From contig OZ245742.1 in NCBI GenBank assembly GCA_965227295.1, positions 5,152,001 to 5,216,000 on the forward strand: a stretch of 64,000 nt of DNA. The letters are read 5' to 3'. The DNA is from Leptonemataceae bacterium (GTDB lineage: Bacteria; Spirochaetota; Leptospiria; Leptospirales; Leptonemataceae). The position numbers were made by a program, and so were the translations under genes. The notes under the pieces were generated by a model, which was not told the origin of the DNA, ran no database searches, and saw nothing but the letters and a program-made list of their open reading frames with translations. The stretch's first letter is position 1; the number at the start of each line of letters is the position of its first letter. Shown here one piece after another: positions 18,773 through 28,468 of the stretch.

Positions 18773-18801
18773 TTGACGGCGGCATTACTTCTTGTTATAC
18801 T
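18773..18801 (+). promoter_or_regulatory. Sigma70 promoter
   Basis: TTGACG-N17-TATACT with an extended -10 TGn, followed by an AAGGAGGT RBS. Confidence 0.7.
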
Positions 18802-18827
18802 GTGACTATACCGAAAAGGAGGTAACA

Positions 18828-19394
18828 GTGAGTACTACTGTACAAAAATTCGAACGATACAACGCCACGGACGCCCCGCGGGGATCCGCGGAAATCCTGA
18901 AAGGCGCAGAACAGAAGATGGGCTTTACGCCGAATCTCTACGCCGTGATGGCGGAGTCGCCCGCCCTTTTGAAAGGCTATACCGAACTCGACGATATTTT
19001 CGCAACGTCTTCCCTGACGCCGGTCGAGCGGCAGATCATTCTCTTAACCGTCAGTCGCTTTCACGAATGTCATTATTGCGTGGCCGCGCATTCCACGCTG
19101 GCCAAATCATTCAACATCGACGAAAACAATTTGAGCGCTCTGCGTGAGGGCCGACCGTTGCATAACGGCAAACAGGAAGCCCTGCGCCGCTTTACCGAAA
19201 CCCTCGTAGAAAACCGCGGCTGGCTCCGCGACGACGACCTGCAGGATTTTCTGGACGCCGGTTACAATCGCACGAACGTAATGGAAGTAATCCTCGGCAT
19301 CGCCTTAAAGACCATGTCGAACTATACCAATCACGTCGTGGATACGGATCTGGACAAGGCATTCGCAGCACAACGCTGGACTCCTGCTAAATAA
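18828..19394 (+). CDS. Carboxymuconolactone decarboxylase / AhpD-like protein
   Basis: MGFTPNLY, ECHYCVAAH (CxxC) and KTMSNYTNH. GTG start after a strong RBS. Confidence 0.88.
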   Translation: MSTTVQKFERYNATDAPRGSAEILKGAEQKMGFTPNLYAVMAESPALLKGYTELDDIFATSSLTPVERQIILLTVSRFHECHYCVAAHSTLAKSFNIDENNLSALREGRPLHNGKQEALRRFTETLVENRGWLRDDDLQDFLDAGYNRTNVMEVILGIALKTMSNYTNHVVDTDLDKAFAAQRWTPAK

Positions 19395-19431
19395 AAACAG
19401 GCAGCCGAAATCAATATATGATTCACCGGAC

Positions 19432-19455
19432 GGGCGCACGAGCGCCCTTTTTTTT
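19432..19455 (+). terminator. Rho-independent terminator
   Basis: gggcgc-acga-gcgccc followed by T8. Confidence 0.85.
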
Positions 19456-19461
19456 ACGCGC

Positions 19462-20067
19462 TCAGTGCAGGGTCTGCACGTAACACCAGGCATGCACGTA
19501 ACGCCGGTCCGTCTCGAACAGATACCAGTCGGTAACGCACGTCACGTCTTCATCCACACGATCGTGAAAGCGATGCACCAGCCAGCCCGCGAGAATCGTT
19601 TCACCATCGGAAGTTACCGGCGGAACATCGCGCAGGGGGTCTTCCTCGCCCGCCTCGACGGCCGTCTCGCGCCACCAGTCCAGGCCCGCGGCGGGATTCA
19701 CGCAAACTTCCTCGGGCTCCCCGGGATCGTGGGCGTTCCATAACCACTCGCGCCAGTGACCGGGCGGGCCCTGCCGGGGCGGTTGCCGGGATTCCCGCAG
19801 GTCCCCCTCGCCGAAGATCGCCGGGGCGGCCTCCGTATTCACGTAAAACGCGGCGAGACTCGGGAAGGCGTCTCCGGGCGCATGCTCCACGCGGAGCAGA
19901 TAGCCGTCGTACATCTCGAACCCGCTGGTAACTTCGAATTGAGTGATCTTAGCCGCGGCGGCCGGGTCCCGAAAGCGCGCCGCCGCGGCAAGATCCGGAA
20001 CACGATCCCGCGGCCCGGGCTCGTCCGAAGAGAATAACGTATCACCGATCCACATCACATCATTCAC
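19462..20067 (-). CDS. Hypothetical protein (acidic, Trp-rich)
   Basis: 201-aa ORF co-oriented with the OmpA-like gene. Confidence 0.6.
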   Translation of the reverse strand: MNDVMWIGDTLFSSDEPGPRDRVPDLAAAARFRDPAAAAKITQFEVTSGFEMYDGYLLRVEHAPGDAFPSLAAFYVNTEAAPAIFGEGDLRESRQPPRQGPPGHWREWLWNAHDPGEPEEVCVNPAAGLDWWRETAVEAGEEDPLRDVPPVTSDGETILAGWLVHRFHDRVDEDVTCVTDWYLFETDRRYVHAWCYVQTLH

Positions 20068-20091
20068 CTGCTAACAAACATTGCCAGAAAG

Positions 20092-20679
20092 TTAATCCAA
20101 TCGAATCAACTCCACCCGCCGATTCAAACCCGGATCCACATTGGTTCCGTGGGGAGCCACCCGGCCCTCGCTTTCGAGGCGTGAAACATCGATGCCGAAC
20201 CTACCGGCGAAATAACGCACCACCGACCGCGCACGGCGATGAGCCAGGTTGATGTTGCCGTTGGATCCGCCTTCGACGCGCAGGCGCAAGTCCGGTTCAC
20301 GCAGCAGGGCCTCGCCCGCGGCGTCCAGGGCCGGCGCGCTGTCCTCACGCAAACGATCCGACGACGGATGAAAGTACACGCGTTCCAGGGAGACGCGACC
20401 GCGTTCTCTTAAGCTCGTGATGATGTCTTCCGCTGATGCGGGCGGCGGGTCCTCGGGCGGATCGGTCCAGCGACGCTCGTTTTCTTTTTTCGGCGACTCC
20501 GATGAGCGCGACGGTAACGCGGCAAGATCGCGCGAGTACTCCAGCGCTCGATCGCGGCGATCGTTGCCGGGCGGCACATCATCCTGCCTGTCTTTCAGAG
20601 CGCGGCCCGGCAAACGCAGCGGCAACAACATCAACGTAACGACAAAGAGCAACGCGCAGACGAGAAACAGAACGAACAT
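20092..20679 (-). CDS. Membrane-anchored OmpA-like C-terminal domain protein
   Basis: N-terminal TM segment, VYFHPSSDRL, NLAHRRARSV and NRRVELI. The usual GHTD motif is degenerate (VEGGSNG). Confidence 0.8.
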   Translation of the reverse strand: MFVLFLVCALLFVVTLMLLPLRLPGRALKDRQDDVPPGNDRRDRALEYSRDLAALPSRSSESPKKENERRWTDPPEDPPPASAEDIITSLRERGRVSLERVYFHPSSDRLREDSAPALDAAGEALLREPDLRLRVEGGSNGNINLAHRRARSVVRYFAGRFGIDVSRLESEGRVAPHGTNVDPGLNRRVELIRLD

Positions 20680-20727
20680 CTCGTTCTATGAGACGACGCA
20701 CGTCGCGAAAGGGTAGGCTTTTTTGAT

Positions 20728-21321
20728 TTGAGTTGTTTGCATGATGGGGCGGTGCAGGCTTGCCGTGTGGACGGCCGCGACCTCAAACTCCGCCGCTTTT
20801 CGCTGCGCCGCGGCGACCGTGAATGGCTGCTCGGACTACTGGGCCGCGCGGACGCGGACGAACTGCGAAACTGGGCCGGCAACGGCTTTCGCGCGCCCCT
20901 GAATCGCGCGCAACTGGATCGTCACCTGGCCCGCATGCGAAACCCCGGGCGCTACGCGTTCATCGGTCAGTGGACGGGGGCGGAGACGGAGCGCGTGAGT
21001 TACGTGGAACTCTACGACGCCCGCGCCCACGCTTCGGCCTTTCTCACGCGCATGTACGTGGCCCCGGCCTTCCGCGGTCAAGGCCTTGGCACCGCCACGG
21101 TGCGCCGGGTCATCGCCGTAGGTTTCAGTCAACTGAAGTTACACCGCATTGAGCTGAACGTTTACGAACACAACACGGCGGCGCGGCGCTGCTACGAAAA
21201 AGCGGGCTTCCAGAACGAGGGTCTGCTCCGGGACCTCCTGTTCACCGGCACCGGGTACTGGAGCGCGTATCGCATGTCGATCCTGGATCATGAGTGGCGA
21301 ACGCGTGGCAGGGGTTGCTGA
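20728..21321 (+). CDS. GNAT acetyltransferase (RimJ/RimL-like); start uncertain
   Basis: FRGQGLGT, LHRIELNVYEHNTAARRCYEKAGF and EGLLRD motifs. Confidence 0.88.
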   Translation: MSCLHDGAVQACRVDGRDLKLRRFSLRRGDREWLLGLLGRADADELRNWAGNGFRAPLNRAQLDRHLARMRNPGRYAFIGQWTGAETERVSYVELYDARAHASAFLTRMYVAPAFRGQGLGTATVRRVIAVGFSQLKLHRIELNVYEHNTAARRCYEKAGFQNEGLLRDLLFTGTGYWSAYRMSILDHEWRTRGRGC

Positions 21322-21413
21322 GGCCGCCCCCGTCGCACGCACATCCTGTGCGAGCGTCGGGGGCGCTTCGCCCTCCATGGCTTCGCAACGACCTCAGCAA
21401 CCCCTGCCACGCG
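21302..21413. repeat. 112-bp MITE/REP-like element with perfect 22-bp terminal inverted repeats
   Basis: cgcgtggcaggggttgctgagg (21302-21323) pairs with cctcagcaacccctgccacgcg (21392-21413). Internal hairpin cgcccccg-tcgcac..gtgcga..cgggggcg. Confidence 0.8.
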
Positions 21414-21537
21414 AAGCCCTCAAAATTCTGTTGAATCGGGCAATTGAAATACCGCTCAAATCTGTACTTGCGCGCTACACGGCCCTCGGCATTGCATACA
21501 GCGCCAGCGTCGACTTTAAGAGCGACTGACACCAGTA

Positions 21538-22035
21538 TTACTCCACGTGCTTCAGTAACTTCTCCCGGTACGCACTTAGTTCGTCCGCGCTTGCGTCGCC
21601 TTCGTGGGGCGCCCACGGGGCGAACTCCTTGTCGTTAGTGGGAATGTACGGCCCGGGCTTGACCTCGAAGCAAACGGCGTGTTCGCTCAGCACCACCAGC
21701 GTATGCCAGAACCCCGGCGAGATGTCCACGCCCACGGGCAGGCCGTCGTTCATCTCCGCGTCGAGGACCTCGGCCGAGGCGACCCGGCCGTCGTCGTCGA
21801 ACGTAAAAAAAGCAATGCGCCCCTCGATCACCAGGAACGACTCGGCCTTCGGCGGCTGCGTGTGTCGATGCGGGGTGATGTAGGTGTCCCGCAGCATCAC
21901 GTTCAAAAAACGATGCGGATTTTCTTCCATGCTGCCGTGAAAGTTGAAGTTCATGCGCCGCCGCGGCGAATTGCGGGCCTGGTCCAGGACCTCGTCGAAG
22001 AGCTTGCGATTGAGAATGTGTTTGGTGAGATTCAT
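21538..22035 (-). CDS. WbuC-family cupin-fold metalloprotein
   Basis: SPRRRMNFNFH, YITPHRH, WHTLV and FEVKPGPY motifs. Confidence 0.88.
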   Translation of the reverse strand: MNLTKHILNRKLFDEVLDQARNSPRRRMNFNFHGSMEENPHRFLNVMLRDTYITPHRHTQPPKAESFLVIEGRIAFFTFDDDGRVASAEVLDAEMNDGLPVGVDISPGFWHTLVVLSEHAVCFEVKPGPYIPTNDKEFAPWAPHEGDASADELSAYREKLLKHVE

Positions 22036-22163
22036 ACTGGATGGTGTCGCTGAGAAATGCGGAGCATCACATTGCAACCATCCCCCGCCTATCGCGAAAA
22101 CGCAATCAAGAAACACGGCGGCATCCCGCTTGACACAAGCACCACGACGCCGAACGTACCAAC

Positions 22164-22628
22164 ATGGCCGCATCATCGGACATCGACTTCGACGATCTCG
22201 TACACGCTGCTTACGATCCGGAAACCGGCGAGCCGCGTTCCATGGAAGCCCTGGACGATCTATGGACCGCCTTTCTGTCGTTGCCCGACTGGAACTTTCT
22301 CGTGAAGGCGCCGGGGGAAAACGAGGCGCCGCGCGATCCCTATCCCTACGTCGGTTACGTGGACGGCAAGTCCTGGGTCTTCGTCTTCACCGACGCGCGT
22401 CGTTTGCGCGAGTACGCGCGCGAGCACAACTTCACGAATCCCGACGGCAGCGCGCTCATGATCACGATGCCGAAAGACGGCGCCCTGGACTGGCTCGTGG
22501 AACTGGGCGGCAACGGTGTCTTCGGCCTGCGCGTCAACGAGGGCGAGCACGGCTGGTTCGCGCCGCTGGATCAACTGAAACCCATCCGCGCGCACCTGCG
22601 CAAACTCGGTAAACTCGATGACGCGTGA
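22164..22628 (+). CDS. Hypothetical protein (SseB-like N-terminal domain possible)
   Basis: 154-aa ORF; VFVFTD motif. Confidence 0.65.
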   Translation: MAASSDIDFDDLVHAAYDPETGEPRSMEALDDLWTAFLSLPDWNFLVKAPGENEAPRDPYPYVGYVDGKSWVFVFTDARRLREYAREHNFTNPDGSALMITMPKDGALDWLVELGGNGVFGLRVNEGEHGWFAPLDQLKPIRAHLRKLGKLDDA

Positions 22629-22720
22629 ACCTTCCACAAACGAAATCGATCCGACAGCAGCATTGCACTAACATTCACCGAACTGGTGTTAGCAAAACCG
22701 TGGCCGCGCAGGCAGCGGCC

Positions 22721-23338
22721 TTATGCGTACAAATCCGCGAACGGATCGTGCGCCGGGTCTTCGTTCCACTCGTGTTCGATCTCGTTCGCCTGCTGTTTCG
22801 CAACGTCGTAGCCGAGCAAATCGGCGACAAACGCGAGCGTCATGTCGATGCCCGCCGTCACGCCGGAGCTGGTGTAAACATTGCCGTCCTGCACCCAGCG
22901 CGCTTTGTAGACCCACTGCACGTTCGGTCCTTGCGACTTCGCCCAGGCGAACGCAAGTTTGTTCGAGGTGGCGCGTTTACCGTCGAGCAGGCCGGTGTTC
23001 GCGAAGAGCCCGGAGCCGGTGCACACCGTTAAGATGTACTCCGCGCGGGCGGCGACGTCGCGCAGCGCTTCGATGTACGGCGCATCTTTCGCCAGGACAC
23101 GCGTGCCGATGCCGCCGGGTACAAGTAAGATGAAATCGCGCTCATGGATTTCCGAAAACGGCCGGGTCGGCACGGGGACCTGTTGCGCACTGGTAACGAG
23201 ACCGCCGTGCTGCGAGTAAAACGCGGGCGTGAAGTGTTCGCCGAGACGGCCGAAGACTTCGACGGGGCCGAAGGCATCGAGGGTTTCGAAGTCGGAGAAA
23301 AGAACCGTTACAATCGTGCGCATCTTTACCGTTGCCAT
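22721..23338 (-). CDS. DJ-1/PfpI family protein
   Basis: FETLDAFGPVEVF, LLVPGG, TVCTGS and TSSGVTAGIDM motifs. Confidence 0.92.
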   Translation of the reverse strand: MATVKMRTIVTVLFSDFETLDAFGPVEVFGRLGEHFTPAFYSQHGGLVTSAQQVPVPTRPFSEIHERDFILLVPGGIGTRVLAKDAPYIEALRDVAARAEYILTVCTGSGLFANTGLLDGKRATSNKLAFAWAKSQGPNVQWVYKARWVQDGNVYTSSGVTAGIDMTLAFVADLLGYDVAKQQANEIEHEWNEDPAHDPFADLYA

Positions 23339-23347
23339 CGTGAAACA

Positions 23348-24685
23348 TCACCCCCGCTCCGGCAAACCTTCCGCTAACTTACACTTACCGTAATCTCCGG
23401 TCGGCAGCGGTTTAGCCAGAAACGCCTCGGCGTGATGCGAGACCACCGACAGCGGCCGGCCGCGCACGAAGTTCGGGCAATCCTCGCGATGCTTCAAGCA
23501 CAGCACCTGGGACGACTCCGGCTTCGGATAGGCCCAGGCCGCGTCCGGGTCGTTTTGAATGCACGCCTGCTCCAGTTGGGCGACGATGCGCATGCGTTTG
23601 ATGATGGGCTCATACGAACGGCACCGGGCAAGCACCGGATTCACGAAGCTCGCCGGCAACGCCCCCAGCTCGCCGTGGTAGGCCAGGCCGGCAATGAGGT
23701 TCTTGAGTTGAATCACCGGATCGAGCTTCTTTTTCTCGGCGTCCATAATGAAGCGCGCGATCTTTAAGATCGACTTCACCGCGCGATACGAACGATCCTG
23801 TTGTTCGTCGGTCTTTGCATCGCCGGCGGTGGCGGCTTCCACGGCGGCCGCGTCCTGCTCATCATCTTCCTCGTCGTCGTCGAGCAACGAAAGATTCGGC
23901 GTCGCCGAAGCCTGGATGTCCTCGGCCTCCGGCGCGTTCAAATGATTGCGCAGGCCGGCAATGACCGCGGCCTCCAGTTGCATTTGCCCGGCGGCTTCCG
24001 CGGCACGGTAGGCGTAATCGAGCTGGAACTTCTGCGGCCGATCGAACATGGGGTCTTCCAGCGCCCCCAGTTGCTTCGCGTAGACGTCGGCCACGAGACC
24101 GGCCTGAAACGTATAACGATGCGTGAACGACCCGCGCTTTTGCAGAACGAAGGCGAGCACCAGCGCATAGAGGCCGAAGCGCGCCAGGTGCAACGCAAGC
24201 TTGCGATCCTGCTCATAGATGCGCAGCAACCACAGCGTGAACATGCGCTTCTCGTTGTTGAACTTATTATAGAGGGCATTCTGAATGACGCCGGCCAGCG
24301 ACGCCCCGGGCATGTCGGTGCGCAGCAGTTCCATGAGGTCGCCGCGGCTGCGCTGGACGAGGCCCAAAAGCACGCGGCGCAAATGCATGCTCACTTTCGA
24401 CAGGACCTCGTCGTTGGTCTTGATGCGATAGTGCGGATTGTGCGCGTCGAACTTGTCCAGGTTTTCGATGCGCGCTTCGTTGATGTTCATGCCGGCGGGA
24501 ATGTAGACCTCGCCGCCGCCGGACTTCACCGGTTCGCTGAACTGAAAGTCGAAGCGCTCTCCCGGCGGCGTGTAGCGCGTGGCGAAGTCCCGAAGCTGGG
24601 CCGCCGAGTAAAACTGGAGAAACTTCTCGGAGATTTTGATCGGCTTTTCGAAGATGCCGCCGCTGTTGCTTACGTTCTCGGACAT
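23348..24685 (-). CDS. Hypothetical protein with acidic linker and Cys-rich C-terminus
   Basis: 445-aa ORF with strong codon bias, a DDDEEDDE tract and several C-terminal Cys. Confidence 0.75.
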   Translation of the reverse strand: MSENVSNSGGIFEKPIKISEKFLQFYSAAQLRDFATRYTPPGERFDFQFSEPVKSGGGEVYIPAGMNINEARIENLDKFDAHNPHYRIKTNDEVLSKVSMHLRRVLLGLVQRSRGDLMELLRTDMPGASLAGVIQNALYNKFNNEKRMFTLWLLRIYEQDRKLALHLARFGLYALVLAFVLQKRGSFTHRYTFQAGLVADVYAKQLGALEDPMFDRPQKFQLDYAYRAAEAAGQMQLEAAVIAGLRNHLNAPEAEDIQASATPNLSLLDDDEEDDEQDAAAVEAATAGDAKTDEQQDRSYRAVKSILKIARFIMDAEKKKLDPVIQLKNLIAGLAYHGELGALPASFVNPVLARCRSYEPIIKRMRIVAQLEQACIQNDPDAAWAYPKPESSQVLCLKHREDCPNFVRGRPLSVVSHHAEAFLAKPLPTGDYGKCKLAEGLPERG

Positions 24686-24786
24686 AATTCCCGCGCCGGA
24701 GGCGGTGATCCTGGGTACCTTAAAACGAGCCGGACCCAGGCAAACAAAATTTTCTGGTCCCCCGCCCCGCCCCCAAAAAAGTGCTC

Positions 24787-25833
24787 ATGACCATGAACGT
24801 TGCCTCGCTACAGGATCACGACCCGGCGGCCGACGCGTCCGGCCCGGCCGGTTCGCTGCGTATGTTTTCCAGGCTCACCCTGCTCGTGGCGATCTTCGCG
24901 CTCTGCACCATGGTCCTGGGACCGCTCGTGCGCGCCCACGATGCCGGCCTCGCCTGCCCGGACTGGCCGCTCTGCAAAGGCCAGGTCATTCCAGACGTCG
25001 GCGACTATCAAATCTTCCTTGAGTGGATTCATCGCGTCGTGGCCGCCGTCACGGGCATCGGCCTCCTGGCCTGGCTCGCCGTGCTCTTCGCGAAGACCGA
25101 ACTGCGCTCACGTTACGCCGTGGCCGGCGTCCTGGCCGCGTTGCTCATGACCTCGCAAATCGCCCTCGGCGCGCTCACGATCACCGAACAACTCGACGCC
25201 TACGTGGTCAAGTCACACCTGCTGAACGCCGTGCTCTTTCTGAGCGTCCTGGTCTACGTACATCGCAGCGCGGAACGCCGGCAGCGGATCTTAACCACCG
25301 GCGAAAAGAAGTTAAGCAACGTCGTCGGCGGCCGCGATCGATTGTCCCTGGCCGTGTCCCTGGTCTTTCTCGTTACGATCTTTCTGCAATTGTTCCTGGG
25401 CGGCCGCGTGAGCACGAACTACGCCGGCTACGTTTGCCCGGCCTTCCCCGCGTGTTACTACGAAGAAACGGCGAACATCGACGCGGAGGGCGGCGTGCCG
25501 ACCCTGGAACGCAGCCCGGTCTACTTTCCGTCCATGATCGGCGCCACGGAAATGCACATGACCCATCGGTTCATGGCCTACTTCCTGGCGGCGTACTCCG
25601 TGGCGCTCCTGCTTTTCGCCTACCGGCGGCCCTGGACGGAAAACGGGCGACGCTTCGCCTGGTTTTTGTTCGGCATGATCCTATTGCAAATCCTGGTCGG
25701 CGCCGTAAACGTACTGTATCAGATCCCGCCCATCGTTACGACGTTGCACTCGACGTTCGCCTACATCATCTACCTGGGCGCCTTTATTCTCAGTCTGGAG
25801 CTCTTCTTTGACGGCCGTAGTCATGCGCACTGA
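24787..25833 (+). CDS. ctaA: Heme A synthase (COX15/CtaA)
   Basis: AGLACPDWPLC, EWIHR and HMTHR motifs; multiple TM segments. Confidence 0.92.
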   Translation: MTMNVASLQDHDPAADASGPAGSLRMFSRLTLLVAIFALCTMVLGPLVRAHDAGLACPDWPLCKGQVIPDVGDYQIFLEWIHRVVAAVTGIGLLAWLAVLFAKTELRSRYAVAGVLAALLMTSQIALGALTITEQLDAYVVKSHLLNAVLFLSVLVYVHRSAERRQRILTTGEKKLSNVVGGRDRLSLAVSLVFLVTIFLQLFLGGRVSTNYAGYVCPAFPACYYEETANIDAEGGVPTLERSPVYFPSMIGATEMHMTHRFMAYFLAAYSVALLLFAYRRPWTENGRRFAWFLFGMILLQILVGAVNVLYQIPPIVTTLHSTFAYIIYLGAFILSLELFFDGRSHAH

Positions 25834-26725
25834 TCCCGGGCTACTTTCGGACCTCTACAAACTCTTTAAACCGGGGCTCGGCGCGTCGATCCTGGTTACG
25901 ATCATCCCCGGTCTGCTGTTGGGCCCGGAACTGCCCGGCTGGTCGACGATCGCGTTTACCATGATCGGCACGTTCCTCGTGGCGATCTCCTCGTTCGCCT
26001 ACAATCAGATCATCGAAATCAAAACCGACGCCCTCATGGAGCGCACGCGGGATCGTCCACTGCCGTCCGGTCGCTGGCCGCTCTTCGCCGCGTACTTCAT
26101 GGGCTCTTCGATGCTCGGCCTCGGTCTCATCTTACTCGCCCTCAACGTCAACCCGCTCACCGCGGTCGTCGCCCTGGCTTCGTTCGTGCACTACGTCTTC
26201 ATATACACGGCGATCCTCAAGCGCGCAACGCCCTGGAATACGTTGATCGGCGGTTTGTCCGGCGCGGTGGGCCCGCTCATCGGCGAGGCGGCCGTGGCAA
26301 ACACGCTAACATTCGAAGGTTTTACGTTATTCCTGCTGCTCTTTCTCTGGCAGCCGCCGCACTTCTGGTGCCTGGGCATCAAGTACCGCGAACAGTACGC
26401 GGCCGCGGGCATTCGCATCCTGCCGGTAACGGACGGCGTGCAGACAACGTTGCGCTACATGATCGGCTACTGGATTGCGGTCTTGCTTTTGATCGTGCTG
26501 ATGTACGTGCCGGTGTTTCCGCCGCTCGCGATCGCCGGGCCGGCCTTCTTCGTGCCGGCCTTCGGCCTGGGACTCGTGGTACTCTACGCCATGATCAAAC
26601 TCCGCCGGGACTTTGCCGCGGGGGAGGACGCCCGGCCGCTGCGGGTCTTCTTTCTGACGATCCTGCACATGCTCGTCTGGCATCTGGCCATGACCGCGGA
26701 CCTGTACCTGCGACGCTGGTCCTGA
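25823..26725 (+). CDS. ctaB: Protoheme IX farnesyltransferase (heme O synthase)
   Basis: DALMERTRDRPLPSG and FLWQPPHFW motifs. Confidence 0.95.
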   Translation: MRTDPGLLSDLYKLFKPGLGASILVTIIPGLLLGPELPGWSTIAFTMIGTFLVAISSFAYNQIIEIKTDALMERTRDRPLPSGRWPLFAAYFMGSSMLGLGLILLALNVNPLTAVVALASFVHYVFIYTAILKRATPWNTLIGGLSGAVGPLIGEAAVANTLTFEGFTLFLLLFLWQPPHFWCLGIKYREQYAAAGIRILPVTDGVQTTLRYMIGYWIAVLLLIVLMYVPVFPPLAIAGPAFFVPAFGLGLVVLYAMIKLRRDFAAGEDARPLRVFFLTILHMLVWHLAMTADLYLRRWS

Positions 26726-26923
26726 TTCATGAGCACCCGGGTCGCGGCCTTTTTTGTCGGATCTTTGGGTTTTTCTTTTCCCTTTTCAGCAGCCTGCCTG
26801 TATATTGAACAAATCTTGAGAGCGGCCGCGCCGGATTTCGCCGTCTCACGGCCCTCGGACGCTGGAACGCTTCTTGCTGATGTAAACAGGGCAGAGCCCG
26901 ATTTTTTTCACTTTGATTGCATC

Positions 26924-27538
26924 ATGTTGATCTACTCGCAACCCTATCGTCGTAAAACCGAACGCCTGAACGTTACGCTCACCCGGGAAAAGGGCGGTTA
27001 CCTGCTCGTGGTGGACGCGTTGCGCAACGCCCCGGAGACCCTGTATCGCCTGGCGGCGGTGCTCTTCGTCCACGAATGGAACATCACCCACGCGGACATC
27101 TGCACCCTCGAGAACCTGGAGATCATCGACAAGTTCCTGGTGCGACCGGTAGACAACGAGATGGCCGTGGACGAACTCAAGTTCGAAAACATGATGTACG
27201 ACTTCGAGCAGTTGCTCTTCGAAAGCCCGTCCGTGTCCACGTATCTCAAAGAGCGCGAGGCCGAGCTCCACTTCGACGCCACCGGCGCCGGCCAGGTGGA
27301 GTTCTATCTCGACGCGAACCGCACGTACATCATGCTTTCCGGTTTCGACCGGCCGGGCCTGCTTTTATCGATCACCCAGGTCTTCGCGTTCATGGAGATC
27401 GACATCCTGGAAGCCCGCATCCACACGGCGCCCGGCGGCCAGGTCCGTAACTCCTTTTTGCTGAATCCTACGGACGGCCGGTTCAAGGATCCCCGCTTCC
27501 GCGAGCGGTTGAGCGACGGATTGCGGATGTTGCTGTAA
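26924..27538 (+). CDS. Stand-alone tandem ACT-domain protein (GlnD C-terminus-like)
   Basis: DRPGLLLSITQVF..DILEARIHT, plus an upstream degenerate ACT repeat (LYRLAAVLFVHEWNITHADICT). Confidence 0.75.
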   Translation: MLIYSQPYRRKTERLNVTLTREKGGYLLVVDALRNAPETLYRLAAVLFVHEWNITHADICTLENLEIIDKFLVRPVDNEMAVDELKFENMMYDFEQLLFESPSVSTYLKEREAELHFDATGAGQVEFYLDANRTYIMLSGFDRPGLLLSITQVFAFMEIDILEARIHTAPGGQVRNSFLLNPTDGRFKDPRFRERLSDGLRMLL

Positions 27539-27539
27539 T

Positions 27540-28456
27540 GTCGGGCACGCCCTGAATCGTGGTGTAAGTGCAGGCCAGTGTACATTAAGGCTTTTATGGG
27601 TACAGCTGGTTCCAGCTTACGGTCGGAGGTCATGCCGGGAATATGTGGGGCGCGCACCGGAACGGCGTCTTCGTCGCAAGAACCGCTGCGGTAGCTGAGT
27701 CGCAAACCGACGTCCGGGTCGAACGCAGCACTCTTTGCAAAACGAAAATCCACAACTCCCGCTTCGCCGTAGCCAAATCAACCCCTTCACCATAACGCAA
27801 CTTGCCTAATGTTTCTCACGGCAAACGACGCGAACCACAGTTCTTGAACTACCGAAAACTTTTCGGTAGTTCGCAGGCGCCCCGAATCGTGGTGTAAGTA
27901 ACGGCCAGTGTACATTAAGGCTTTTATGGGTACGGCTGGTTCCAGCTGACGAACGGAGGTTGTGCCGGGGAGCGTGGTAAGGCGGACCGGAACGGCGTCT
28001 TCGCTTTGGAAAAAACATCAAGCGAAGGCGCACCGGAACGGCGTCTTCGTCGTAAGAAACGTTCCGATCGCTGAGTCACAAACCGACGTCCGGTGTCGGC
28101 AAGGCCCCACTTGTTGGGGCCGCGGCAGTTGGTTCCCCACTGGCAGCACTCTTTGCAAAACGAAAATCCACAACTCCCGCTCAGCCGTAGCAAAAAAAGG
28201 CCTTTCACGTTGCGCAATTTACCTCATGTGTCTCACAGCAACAGTCACGAACCGCAGTCCTTGAATTACCGGAAACGCTCGGACAGTTTGCGCACGCCCC
28301 GAATCGTAAAGTAAGTGAAGGCCAGTGTACATTAAGCCTTTGATGGGTACAACTGGTTCCAGCTGACGCGCGGAGGTTATGCCGGGGAACGTGGTAAGGC
28401 GGACCGGAACGGCGTCTTCGTTTCGGAAAAAACATCAAGCGAAGGCGTAAGAAACG
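27540..28456 (-). repeat. Tandem array (~2.5 copies) of the same ~330-bp unit, inverted relative to 7381-7943
   Basis: The anchor gaatcgt..gtaagt occurs at 27554, 27884 and 28301 (periods 330 and 417). The reverse complement matches locus 1 (gaagacgccgttccggt, agctggaaccag, cttacaccacgattc, ggctacggcgaagcgggagttgtgg). Confidence 0.95.
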
Positions 28457-28468
28457 TGCGGATGCGTG

